DNA of 55,571 bases from Coniocarpon cinnabarinum (lineage: Eukaryota): NCBI GenBank assembly GCA_051942205.1, contig JAVECO010000159.1:1-55571 (forward strand). Direction: 5' to 3'. Below the pieces are notes generated by a model. It searched no databases. It was not told the origin of the DNA and worked only from the letters and a program-made list of their open reading frames with translations. The position numbers were made by a program, and so were the translations under genes. Shown here one piece after another: positions 13,014 through 24,387 of the stretch. Position 1 is the first letter of the stretch, and the number at the start of each line of letters is the position of its first letter.

Positions 13014-13888
13014 TCATCCCAGCACCTTCTGTGCCGAGCTTTCATTGACACCCGTGTTGTCTGGCTCCGCGTGTACTGATGCGACTTTTCCGCCGTCTAC
13101 AACGAGCGCGTAACGCTTGGAGCGCTCGTTGCCGAGAAGCGGAGAGGCGTCGAAGGACATGTCGAGGGCTTTTGTGAAGGCGCCGCTTGCGTCGGCGAGG
13201 AAGCGGATCTGGCAAGACAGTGTCAGAATTTACTCTTGCATTGCTTGTGCTTCGTGCCATATTTCATCCTTTCCAGCTACCGCGTCTCATGTGGGGACAT
13301 TGCGTGCAGTTCAAGACCACATTGATTGACGCTTGCCATGACTCTGGGTGATCCGTGTGCACGTACCTTGCTCTCGCTCTTCTCGTCTAGGGTCTTCTTC
13401 CATGCTTTCATCACAAACGCGTCGTTTACCGAGACGACGAAGACATTGCCCGCGTCCTTCGTCTTGGGATTGGTGATGTAGCCGGGGATGTGGGAATCGG
13501 AGCAGGACGGGCCTGTTCATAGCAATGTCAGCCCTTATGACCAAAGAAACATTGCAAGAAGCTTCCCAGTTTCGTTGAAGCTTGCTCGGTGGACACTTCC
13601 AAAGCCGAGATTGTCGACTCTGGATGGTGGATGTAGTCACTCACTGAATGCAGCAGGTACGCCAATGATCAGTCCCTTGCCTGTGAGCTCTTTGCTGAGA
13701 TTGACCTTGTTGCCGGGGGAGTCCTCGGCAAGGTCGACGTTGGGGATGGGGTCACCGACTTTGACCATGATGGGCGCTGAAGCTGAGAAACGTCTTGCTG
13801 TGACTGGCGTGCTTGTGGCTTGCAGAGTTCTCACAAGTGACACCTGACAGCTGGGTCTGATCGCAGCTGCAATTGTGCGTGTAATCAT
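13014..13888 (-). CDS. Peroxiredoxin, Prx5/Ahp1/Pmp20 family (3 exons), with N-terminal mitochondrial presequence
   Basis: Spliced translation: MVKVGDPIPNV..IIGVPAAFSPSCSDSHIPGY..VSVNDAFVMKAW..IRFLADASGAFTKAL..GNERSKRYALVV..KVLG*. Peroxidatic motif PxxxSxxC; Arg/Ser/Thr-rich 40-aa leader without acidic residues. Confidence 0.92.
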
Positions 13889-14147
13889 GGAGTAGAGGGC
13901 AAAAAGAGCTGAGAGCAGTTGGAGAGGAGGGGAGGAGGGGCAGCACACTCGTTGCAAACGAGGAGTGTGGTAGCAGCCCCGCAAGGCGAATCGTTACTAG
14001 GTAGATATGAGGTAGTCTGGACTGTAGCAGATTGAATGTCACGCGTATCCCCAGCTCGAGGATGAAATAAGAACAACAGCAAAGATCACTGCAGAACACG
14101 AGTCAGGAGTGTCCCTCCAGGTTCTCCCCTTGACTCGAGACGTGCCT

Positions 14148-14462
14148 GCAAGGGTCTCGGACAAAAGTCGCTACCGGGTATTGTATCAGTCTATGCGGCG
14201 AGCCTGTACGATGACGAAAATGCAGGTCAGAAAGCTATGGATACGATGGCGAAAAGCCCTTGTGTTTCATACATCGTTACATTTACGTGCGGCATGTGCT
14301 TTTCTACTAGGCCATTGCTGCTGTAATCGGAGTCATCTCCGTGATCCTTGTGTTTGAGCCTGCACAATACAATCAATTTAGGTCACAACCCTACGAGTAC
14401 AACAGCGACAGCTCTTTGTTAGTCACGAGACGCTGAATTATAGTGCGGCAAGCACTGTCCTG
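14148..14462 (+). mobile_element. ~166-bp MITE-like repeat, copy A (interrupted by a ~145-155-bp insert)
   Basis: GCAAGGGTCTCGGACAAAAGTCG..GAGCCTGTACGAT at 14148-14212, resuming at 14356 as GAGCCTG..AATTTAGGTCACAACCCTACGAGTACAAC..CTGAATTATAGTGCGGC. Collinear with copies B-F. Confidence 0.7.
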
Positions 14463-14829
14463 CCGACCAGGGGTACGGAGTAAGGAGGACGTGTGATGGA
14501 CCTCCTTCATGGCATCCCGCGGGTAAAGCGTGGAGCAACTCCATCATGCTTCAGCTTCAGCTTCAAATTTGGATCCTGTCATCAAAGGAGGCTGATCTGA
14601 TGGCGAAGCCGTCGCAATGGCCAAATGTGTGAGGACGTCAAGCAGGCTAAGCACCGACTTTCACATGTCGAAGCGATACGTACCTCTCACTCAGCCTCGC
14701 ATAGTTGCCTGAGCGAGACTGGATGGGTCGCAGCCTAAGCCTCGTTCCTGTGCGTGCACAGGAGCCATCGACAGCCAAAACTTCTAATGAGGACCCCCAA
14801 AATTGCTGTACCTGCTGAAGGGCTTCGCT

Positions 14830-17800
14830 ATGGAGGCGACCCTTGCATCCGTGGCTCTTGCTGGTAATATTGTCCAATTCACTGGTGTAGCGCGTTCAAT
14901 CATCTCTCGTGGGGCCGAGCTCAAGCGCTCGCATGACGGTAGACTCAAAGAGCACAAGGATATCTTGACCGTGATCGCAGATCTTGACAAGTGGCTGTCA
15001 GAGCTCGACGTAGACTGCGATGAGACGCTGAAACCTATCATTGCTGCTTGCAAAGACATAGCCGCGAGACTGAAAGGTGCACTGAATAAAGCTAGTCGCG
15101 GTCCATATGTCTGGTCTCATCTCAAATAGGCAATTGCGTCTGTCTGGAACAGGAGGCAAATCGAAGAAGTCGAACGGCGTTTGACATGGATGTTGGATGC
15201 CGTCGGTCATCACCTACAGATGAAAACGAAGTAATGCGATCCATGAGACTTGCATGCGAACTACTGTGCTAACATTCAAAGACGCGATATCGGTGCACTG
15301 CTCGAACGAGCTGATTGTCTACAGAGAGAATCAAAACATACGCAAACTCAGATTCAAGAGCTCGTCGTGGCGCAGAGAGGCTCTGTCGCAACTTTTCGGG
15401 ATTGCATTGCGGCATCAACGGATGAGATTATTGCTCAGTGCCAAAGTCCTGAGAAGCTCATCTCAGAGCTTCCAGTGACACTGCGGCAGTTGCAAAGTTT
15501 CTGCGAACAGCTTCGAGAAGGCAATTCCGATGATAATGAAACCATGCACTGCTCTGTTGGCACCAAAAGATTGAGAGACGATTTTATTCACACATTTGTC
15601 TTTTGGGGAATGAGCGACCGGGAAGACTCCATCTCAGAGGCTCATGCGCGGACTTACGAGTGGATTTTCACGGAGCCACACTGCCTGCAGGGTGATCAAA
15701 GCAAAGACAACGGTGTTCAGGAGCGCCGCGAGCTGGCAGAGCATGTATCGCAGGTCTTTTCTGAGCTGGGACTCAAGCAGAGAAGTGACAAATATCTATT
15801 TCGCTTTCAGGTGGATGAGAAACATCCTACCGCTCATCTACGACGTTGGTACGAGTCAGGCGAGGGCATATTGTGAGCATTGTTAGACAAATTGCGTCGA
15901 GCGACATTCAGATGATGCTGACTTCTTCAGTTGGATATGGGGCAAGCCTGGTTGCGGCAAATCCACGCTAATGAAAGCAATGCTGCAGAAGCCATTACTG
16001 AAGAAAAGGTTAAAAGCACTCCTAGACTCCAACCCGAGCTGATCCCTGGAAAAAACTATCATCGCATCATTTTATTTCTTCAGACCAGGGCTGTCGCTAC
16101 AGAAGAACAGGATCGGGTTGCTACAATCATTATTATTTCAGATCTTTCAAGCCCGCCCGAGTTTGATCAACGTGGCATTTTCTATGCATGAGCAAAGGCT
16201 AGCTGTAGCACGTTACGGAAAGTTCGCAAGTTCTGAGGCCCCCTTCTTGAGTCTTGGCGTTTTAAGGAGAACCTTTGAAAAGATCATTGCTGTGGATAAG
16301 CTGAAACTCTATCTTCACATCGATGGGATCGATGAGATCGACAGTACGCCGATGGAGATGGCTGGTCTCCTGTGCGAGTTAGCAAAGAATTCCAACGTCA
16401 AAATCCTTGCAGCTGGCAGATATCACGCCGAATTCCGACACATGTTCCCTTCCAACCAAGCACTCAATCTCCATGAGCTGACTGAAATGGATATACTCCG
16501 TTTTGCAGTAGATAAGCTACGCCAACCACAGATACTAGAGCTTCTTGAGTGCCCCCGACAGTTTCTCGATATCATCAAAGAAATTGTATGCTCTGCGCAA
16601 GGCGTGTTTCGATGGGTGAGTATAGTAGTCGACTCTCTTATTCGAGGCTCTTGCCACTTTGAGACCTTCCAAGTTCTTTTCAACCGCCTCAAAGAATATC
16701 TCAAGGACCTAGATGACCTGTATAATTTCTTATACGGCCATGTTGAGAAGAGATACCTCACAGACTTTGCGTGCTGGATTCTGTGTGTTTTATATACGAC
16801 GACACAAGGGTCACAATACATGCCTTTGTGTACGGCGACACCAGGACCGCAATACCTACCGAAAGCGAAGCGGCTCACAACAGTCGACATTTGGATTGCT
16901 GAGCAGCTTGCTCGGGGGAACGATACCGCGCTGTCCATGTTGATGGTCATGACGCCCAAGGAACGCTCACAGCTCGCACAAGAGGTCCAGCTTCGTATGG
17001 AAGCTCGAGCACGCCACTTCTTTGATTTTGGGCCGCGAAGCCGAACAGTGAAGTTTGTGACTTTTGCACATCGAACAGTGTTTGATTGACTGACCAAGAA
17101 CGGCCAAGCTATTGGCAGGCGATTGTACCAACAGTTGCCACCGGATGTTGACCATCTGTTTGCTTGGATAGTCGTCAAGAACATGTCTTCGGAGAAGCTC
17201 TACGGACGCGTCCATTTCGAGCATGTAAAGGCCTTGTATTTCGAGGTCATGAAAGGCTACGTTTACGAAAGGGGATTTGTTAGGACGATAAATACATGGG
17301 CCCGATTAATGGTTTTCTTTAGTGAAAAACCGGTTTCCCATATGCCTAGTCCTCGAAAAACTTTATTTCCCACCGTCACCGGCTGGCAATTGAATACGGA
17401 TGAAGAAGTATTTCACCAACTTGAAGAGACGAGTCTATCGCCAATTTGCTTCCTGTTGGCAGAGGCGAGCAAACTCAAAGACAAAGACGTCGACATCGAC
17501 ACGTTCTTTCCCGATGACTCAGTGGTGCAGCTGCCTCAGAGTCAGCGTGAGCATCTCTTTCTCTCAAAGCTTTGGCCGTCGAGACGATTCGAATGGGACT
17601 GGGGGGAGCTCATGGTGAGATCGCTTTCTCGCATTTTCCCATCCGGCGTTTCTCAACCCAGTGTATGTCTCAGTCGCATGCTTGAGTGGATCAGAATGTT
17701 CGAGCGAGAATTGTTTGCGATACCAATTAAGCACGATTGGCGATTACCCTACTTCAACATGGCCTTGATATCGATCTGTAACATCGTGAAAATCATCATC

Positions 17801-18310
17801 GCGTTCGTCTCGAAAGGCTCTGATGCTAACACACTTTGCAAAAGCGTAGCCAACGATCCGGATAGGTCTCAGCTATCGATAATTCTTCTTCTGCGACGGG
17901 TCAAAAATTACTTGGACAATGACTCATGGTGGGTACTGACACATACGCAAGGTGAACTGGATCCTGCTTTCAGCTCTTCTTGCAAACGCCATCGATCCCG
18001 GACAGCCTTTCAGACTTCGGCATTCCTGCTGACACGACGAAACTTGGAGTTCGAGTGGCAGCCAAATCTTGAACGAGCTATTGATTATGTGCAAAGTAGA
18101 GGTGGCCAAGAGATCACAGTGTCAAGTCAAGCACATCGAGAAGCTGACATTGGACCATCAACTATGTCTGTTCAGGATTTTGGCCCCTTACCACTCCACT
18201 GCAAGGACTGTTCACGTAGTCGCGCCGCACATATCAATACATTCGGTCTCCGCGATGCTCCTGATGGTGGGAGACGCAAAGATATACTGGCAACCCCTCT
18301 AGAGCGGTGA
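14830..18310 (+). pseudogene. NACHT (STAND) NLR-like gene with SesA/HeLo-like N-terminus; three in-frame stops
   Basis: N-terminus MEATLASVALAGNIVQF; introns 15231-15281 and 15873-15930; spliced Walker A FWIWGKPGCGKSTLMK; SFYFF..GLLQSLLFQI; Walker B LHIDGIDE; AQGVFRWV; FAHRTVFD. Stops: TAG 15127-15129, TGA 16040-16042, TGA 17087-17089. The frame is otherwise continuous. Confidence 0.85.
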
Positions 18311-18325
18311 CTAGGGTTGGCTACG

Positions 18326-18491
18326 GCAAAAGTCAGGGACAAAAGTCATTGCCGGATCTCAGTCTCCGCGACGAGCCTATACGATAAGCACAATTCAGGT
18401 CACAAACCTACGAGTACAACGGCGGTAGGCCTTTGTTAGTAAAAGGACACTAAATTATAGTGCGGCCACTACTATTCTACGAGGCCCTTAC
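18326..18491 (+). mobile_element. ~166-bp MITE-like repeat, copy B
   Basis: GGACAAAAGTCATTGCCGGATCTCAGTCT..GACGAGCCTATACGATAAGCACAATTCAGGTCACAAACCTACGAGTACAACGGCG..AATTATAGTGCGGC..CGAGGCCCTTAC. Confidence 0.75.
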
Positions 18492-18645
18492 AAGTTTAGA
18501 GAGCGAATTTAAAAAGAAGATTGTATGGGGCAACGATCCTTGCGCGCGTAAGAAGCGTTCCAAGCAAGAGGATGGAAGCAAGATTGACCTTTTTGCGCCT
18601 GCTCATATCTAAATTTCTAGTATATAGATACAACCAGAACTTACG

Positions 18646-18812
18646 CTAGAGCGTCCGGAACAAATGTTCTTGCAGGATTTCAGCCCAGGTAACGAGCCTA
18701 TAACATAAGCATAATTTAGGTCATAAACCTACGAGTACAGCGGCGATAGGTCTTTGTTAGTATCAAAACCCTGAATTATAATGCGGCAAGTACTATCCTC
18801 CGAGACTGTTGC
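18646..18812 (+). mobile_element. ~166-bp MITE-like repeat, copy C
   Basis: ACGAGCCTATAACATAAGCATAATTTAGGTCATAAACCTACGAGTACAGCGGCGATAGGTCTTTGTTAGT..CTGAATTATAATGCGGCAAGTACT..CGAGACTGTTGC. Direct repeat of copy B. Confidence 0.75.
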
Positions 18813-19684
18813 TGCAGAAAATGCAAACCCGCTTCTCTTGGTCAGACGTCCTTACGAGATCGATGCTCCTAGCTTAGTAGAACTAGTTTATATTTAATGT
18901 ACTCGACCATGCATGCACTACGCTTGCGACGTCAATTGATGCTTGTTGAAATAGGCGCAAAGACAGAGATGTGATAGGTTCGAAACCTAAGTTGTAAGGT
19001 TCTGAGAATGTGGCGGTCTCATCAATTCCCTACTAGCACCTTTCGATCTCGTGATGCTTCCACAACAAGACAAGTTCCAATTGAGTTTTGTGACGTTTTG
19101 TGTAAAGATGTAATCTACCCCTCCTGCTCAGCTTCTTTCACGTTGTTGGAAAAGTGTCCGAGGTGAAATTTCTGTCCTTTATAGTCCAATAAAAAGACAT
19201 TCTTGCTATGCACCGGCGTTGTCCCTTTTTTCTCAGCCAGACGCAAACGGGAGGGAAGTGAGCAGTACTCGAAGTCCAAATACTATCTGGCTGTCCGACA
19301 ATTAATATCTGCAATCAAGCTGGTATTTGCGGTGGTTTGCAAATGCTTTTTAGAATTTCATTTCCCATGTCTTGTCAATACCAGACTGGTAGGCAATGTC
19401 ATCTTCTGCTCGTAATAAAAGCCTGTGAGCGGCCCACGATTCATGGTCATCCTCAGCGTGCAGAGTCGCAACTCTCTCGCGCTCTTTGATTGCCGCCACA
19501 GGAAATCAATATTGCGCATTGTAATTGCGCCCTTGTTATCTCGATTCAAAGCAGCTATTTGAAAAATTTCTTACTTGTGCAACTGCACCATGGAGAACTT
19601 TCTCAACCTGTCTGTTTAACCATCACGTTGTGTCTCTACAGCCAAGATACCAGCAGGACTTATGAAAAGACTATCCTGGTCCGC

Positions 19685-19859
19685 GCTATGCTGGAGGATT
19701 AGTGCAAGCCGCGCATCGCACTTTAGGATCACACGGACTACTTCTGCGACTGATTGAGCTTAAGAATCAAAGTAACTGTATACTTCCAGGCGAAATGATG
19801 TCGTGCAAGCTCGCCACCCAGACTTATATCCGGCAACGACTTTTGTCCATAACACTTGC
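19685..19859 (-). mobile_element. MITE-like repeat, degenerate inverted copy F
   Basis: 19800-19859 TCGTGCAAGCTCG..CAGACTTATATCCGGCAACGACTTTTGTCCATAACACTTGC is the reverse complement of the element's 5' end. Weak match to the 3' end near 19692 (GGAGGATTAGTGCAAGCCGC). Confidence 0.55.
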
Positions 19860-20221
19860 AGCGACAACATGAGCGCCTGTAGCGCTGGAGCTTAGAGTAT
19901 ACCGCACATGATAGGTTAAGTATATGCTTAGGATGCGACATTCTCTCGAAGCCAAAAGAAACGAGGCAAAAGGAGGTACACCTCTTTTATCAATGCGGTC
20001 TCACAATTCCTCTTGCGACTTATATATTTTTAGCCTACTTCGCGTTCTAATCGCGTGCTGTTGATGTGTTGACTACTGGGATAATCTCGAAATAGCGCAC
20101 CGCACCTATCAGTCCTTTCGGTCTTAGCGATGCCCCGGACCTTGGGGAATCGAAACATATATCGAAAACTTCACTGAAGCGGTGACCAAGGGTTTTTTAC
20201 AGCTGGTAAACACCAGCTGTT

Positions 20222-20384
20222 AGAAGGTCCATTAGAGAAGTACTTGCCGCAATTTAATTCAGCCTTTTATGAATTGCACTTAGCGTTCGCCGCTGTACTC
20301 ATAGCTTTGTGACCTGAATTGTTCTTATCGTACAGGCTCGTAGCCTAGACTGAGATCCGGCCACCTTTTGTTCTTGACCCTTGC
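20222..20384 (-). mobile_element. ~166-bp MITE-like repeat, inverted copy D
   Basis: Reverse complement reads GCAAGGGTCAAGAACAAAAG..GCCGGATCTCAGTCTAGGCTACGAGCCTGTACGATAAGAACAATTCAGGTCACAAAGCTATGAGTACAGCGGCG..CTGAATTAAATTGCGGCAAGTACT. Confidence 0.75.
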
Positions 20385-21535
20385 TACAAAAAAATTTCCC
20401 GCCTCTCCTTGCCACATCAAAATGTGTAAATTTTACATGTACCTGCAAAGTCATCACCAGGCCGCTGGTGCTGAATGTGTGGGAGAAGGGAAAACATGCA
20501 CGTCATTCTTCCTAGAGCGGTTCCACGACCTACGAGACGACTACAAATACTCTTTGTCTAGGATGTAGGTATATGAGTCGACATGTGCATCTTGTTCCCT
20601 CGCTATATTCAAATGATGAGCGATGGTCGCGCAGGTGTATAAATCTGCGTCGTATCCATGTGAACAGCGCAGCTTACAGATATTAGCCCATAAAGGGGTT
20701 ATCCATGCGCTCAGTGCTTGCTGCGATATCCAGGACTCATAATGTCTCGCGCAACACGCATCTTGTGCTACTGCACGACCACGTCGATATCACACACTTT
20801 AGGCAATTTCTGTCTGGTGGAAGGCCTCAGGACGGAAGATGGAGAGCGGCTTAAATTGCGGTTAGTCACGCTGCCCAGTGCCCACCGAGTGCCCTCCCAG
20901 CTGGAGGTGCCTTCGCCGCGAATTAACGTAGAGTCCAGCTTAGTGCTATGGCTCGGCCCTTTATCCATAAGGCGGCGCGAGTAACTTACAATGAATGCAA
21001 TGTGCTCAATTAGCATCTTTCCGCAGCCGCATGCCGACCTTTCATACGAATTGCAGCGTTTTCACGCCGGCAAAAGACGGAAACATCCTTGCTCTTCTAG
21101 CTGCCACCCTATAGCTTAGTGACATCGGCAATCCAGGCATTCAATGAGCCGATGTAGTTTATTCTCATTCGCATGCCTAGCTGCGAAGTCGTATTGAGAG
21201 CCTTTGACCTTGTTTACCAAATCACCTGCGCTTCTTCAGGCGCTGGAATTTTACCCTGCAGGCAAGTCTTCCCGAGGCCTTTTGCGGCCAATACCAGGTG
21301 AAGGCGAACGCTGCAACACATGGGAGGAGCTTCTTGTAAGCTCTAGTAGCCGTTAATAATCTATGTCATGCAGGTCTGTTGGATCAATCTAAAATTAATG
21401 CCATGCTGCTTAAAAAACGCAGCTCTCCGCAATTGCCTCGCAAATCGCCTAATCGCCACCGTCAACGCCTTGCAATGCAATCATTTTCCCAATCCGCTTC
21501 ATCTTCTGCAACGCATTTTCCTCTTGACTGAAGCT

Positions 21536-23887
21536 TCACCTACTCCTTGGTATGACACCGTCAATCACACCCACGGGACCCGCATTGACGTCATCAGCGC
21601 TGCCGTTCAGCATCGCGACGGCGCTCAGCACATCCGCAGGCGCTAAGAGATGCCAATCTGCTTCCGTGACCTTGGAGCTCGGCCCGACAGTGCAGCTGAA
21701 GACGTTCTTCTTCGGCAGGGACGAAGACTTCAACGCGCGGAACATGTCCTCATCAGTGAAATCATCACCAAGACACAGCACGAAGTCCGGCGGTTGCTGC
21801 ACAATGCCCGTGATTTCGTCCCTAGCTGCTTCGTTTACAAGTCGACTAGCAATAGCGCCTTTGTTCACAAAGGACGGACGAACTTCCAGATTCGCCTTGC
21901 CCTCCATGACCTCGACTTCGTATTTCTTCATCACGGTTGCCTCCAGCTGCGCGCGGCATTCCTTTGCCTGGAACGTACCGTACTCAGGGTCCGCTCTACG
22001 GTAGTGCCACGTCAAGGCCACCTTTTTGCGCTCGATAAAGGAACCCTGCGTCTTTTCAGTATAGTGCTGGAAGATGTGCATGACGTCTTGCTGCCAGGAC
22101 ATGTCTGTCTTGGCGGTAACGTTTTCCCATTGGTCATCAAAAGGATGTCGAATAAACGAGCCGTGCTCGGCTGATAGCCCTAGCTCGGGGATGTGGCCCA
22201 TCCATTCGTCCAAGAAGGCCTGATCTCGTCCAGAGATGATCCAAACGGAATTAAGTGGATCTGCTGCTAGCGTTTTCAGGGTGCGGATGACGCGGTCAGA
22301 TGGGATTGCCGCGAGCGGATCTTGGACGATGGGAGTCAGTGTGCCATCGTAGTCGAACATAAAGAGTCGTTTTCGTGACGAGCGATATTTTGACAGTAGG
22401 AGAGTGCGATCCAGAGACGGAGTGACGTTGTCGTGACCAAAGACATTCACAGCGTTCTGCAGACGATCCAAATACTTGTGGGCCCACTCTTGAACCGTGT
22501 GGTGCGAGACATGCGCGTAAAGCTGTTTTGACGCTTCTGCTTTCTCTGAATCGCTCATACCCAAAGCCTTGTCGAGACATTTCGCAACACCAGGTAAATC
22601 CCACGGATTAATGCGCATCGCCTCGTTCAGATTCCCAGCGGTTCCGGAAAACTCGGAAAGTATTAAGGGACCATGATTATCCTTCTGACAGACGACGTAC
22701 TCCAGTCCCGTTGTGTTCATACCGTCGCGGACAGATGTTATCAAGCCCACGTCTGCAACACGTAAGAGAGCAAAGTACTCCTCCTTGGAGATGTATTGAG
22801 GGTAATATCGTACGGGCGAGAAGCTGAGCGAGCCGTAAGTACCGTTGATGCGCTCAACCATTTCCGATATCCTGTTGGCCAGTTTATTGACATCGTCTTC
22901 CTTTTCGTCTTCAATAGATATGGGATTGACCACTTGCACCAAAACAACCTTTTCATGCCATTCTGGGTACCGCTTGAGAAATTTTTCAAATGCTTGCAGT
23001 TTCTGAACAATGCCCTTGACCGTATCGAGGCGATCCCGACCTACGATCAGCTTTTTGCCAGAATATAAATTTTGAATGCCGCGAACTTTGTCCTGCACTA
23101 CGGAGTTCTCAAATGCAAATTTGTATGTTGAATCCACATCGATGCCAATTGGAAATGACACAATCGCAACATGGGCCCCGAAAGCGTCCACTCCTGCGGG
23201 CGTCGCTTCGAATCCAAGAATGCGTTTGCAACATGAGCTGAAATGCCTGGAGTAGCCATATGATTGGAAGCCAATCAAATTAGCACCCAGCACACCTTCC
23301 AAGATTTCTTTGCGTCGGCTCAGACATCGCAAGAACTCTGAGCTAGGGAACGGAATGTGTAGGAAGAAGCCAATCGTAGCCTGAGGCAACACTTGTCGCA
23401 GAAGTGAGGGAACGAGCAAAAGATGATAGTCGTGGATCCAGATGTAGTCGCCGGGCTTGTAGATCTGCAAGATGCGGTCGGCGAATAACTTGTTCATGCG
23501 GTAATAGTCCGCCCACCAGATACGTTCCCTACGCCCATCCGTGGGCTCATGCTGCCGGTAGTGGAAGAGTGTGTAAAGCTCGTGTTCTGCGTATCTCCGC
23601 CAGCGTCCCTGATCTTTTAACACGGCATCTCCTGTTTTGTCGTCCCACCTTTCCGGCAGCCATACCGGCGCAACCTTGCCGCCCTGAGCCTGCTCGAGCT
23701 CCTGTTCGATGTGCGCACGCTGCTTCGGGGAGAGTGTTGGGTCGTCAGGGATCTCGCCCGTCCAGCCCACGAGGGTGTGATTCCAGCCAGACGCTGGTGA
23801 GGAAAGATAATGAAGCGAGTCGAGGAGTGCGGATTGTCCACGTGCGCGGGGTTTGAGACAGAAGATGGCGGAAATTAACGAGGGCAT
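21536..23887 (-). CDS. TPS2: Trehalose-6-phosphate phosphatase (GT20-like domain + HAD phosphatase)
   Basis: WIHDYHL, FFLHIPFPSSE, RDGMN and SEFSG in the GT20-like domain. HAD motifs FDYDGTL, IISGRD, LSAEHG, WHYRRADP, NKG and GDDFTDEDMF. The 5' end is uncertain. Confidence 0.93.
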   Translation of the reverse strand: MPSLISAIFCLKPRARGQSALLDSLHYLSSPASGWNHTLVGWTGEIPDDPTLSPKQRAHIEQELEQAQGGKVAPVWLPERWDDKTGDAVLKDQGRWRRYAEHELYTLFHYRQHEPTDGRRERIWWADYYRMNKLFADRILQIYKPGDYIWIHDYHLLLVPSLLRQVLPQATIGFFLHIPFPSSEFLRCLSRRKEILEGVLGANLIGFQSYGYSRHFSSCCKRILGFEATPAGVDAFGAHVAIVSFPIGIDVDSTYKFAFENSVVQDKVRGIQNLYSGKKLIVGRDRLDTVKGIVQKLQAFEKFLKRYPEWHEKVVLVQVVNPISIEDEKEDDVNKLANRISEMVERINGTYGSLSFSPVRYYPQYISKEEYFALLRVADVGLITSVRDGMNTTGLEYVVCQKDNHGPLILSEFSGTAGNLNEAMRINPWDLPGVAKCLDKALGMSDSEKAEASKQLYAHVSHHTVQEWAHKYLDRLQNAVNVFGHDNVTPSLDRTLLLSKYRSSRKRLFMFDYDGTLTPIVQDPLAAIPSDRVIRTLKTLAADPLNSVWIISGRDQAFLDEWMGHIPELGLSAEHGSFIRHPFDDQWENVTAKTDMSWQQDVMHIFQHYTEKTQGSFIERKKVALTWHYRRADPEYGTFQAKECRAQLEATVMKKYEVEVMEGKANLEVRPSFVNKGAIASRLVNEAARDEITGIVQQPPDFVLCLGDDFTDEDMFRALKSSSLPKKNVFSCTVGPSSKVTEADWHLLAPADVLSAVAMLNGSADDVNAGPVGVIDGVIPRSR

Positions 23888-24387
23888 GGAAGGCTAATTG
23901 CCTTGAGGTTTGTTAGACTGGTGTCAATCTTGTGCAGGTAGCAGCCGCGAGCTGTTAACGCAGCCTTAGAGTAAGATATCCGGTTGTTAGAAACCTTGAT
24001 TGTCTATTCCTGGTGCGGGCCTGAGGGGAGAGGGAGCGACTAAGCGAGAACCAGCGAGGTCAGAGGCGTAGACCTCGACGGGTCGGAGGGACACGTCAAG
24101 GTAGTAGGGATAGAAGACAAGATGGGGGCGCCGGACGGCAGAGGAAGTGCGGAGGAGTACGAACAGAGTGGGATGGATGAAAGCTGGTGAGATCACATGT
24201 CGGACATTTCTGGGCAGGGTTACTTTTTCACGTGAAAGTCATCTAAATGCTCGACCACCTTCCGTCTCTAAGGAGCGTTGTGTTTCAAGTAGTATTGGTC
24301 ATAGTCGCCAATATGACACGCAGGAGCGTTGTGGTTGTACAGACACCACCTCAACACTGAATCAAGACCTCGTGCATTGATTCATTC

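Noticed and set aside
10078..17184. Long antisense ORFs (e.g. 10078-10671, 16423-17184)
   Set aside because: Shadows of real coding sequence on the opposite strand, with no independent motifs.
18308..18314. TGA-CTAG readthrough context at the NACHT terminal stop
   Set aside because: The extension runs into repeat copy B with no targeting signal, and upstream stops already break the gene.
18326..20384. CRISPR-like or tandem array interpretation of the repeats
   Set aside because: Units are ~166 bp, diverged, irregularly spaced and in both orientations; eukaryotic context with no cas genes.
23987..24196. Upstream minus-strand ORF as an extra TPS2 exon or uORF
   Set aside because: No TPS2-like sequence and no convincing splice join found.
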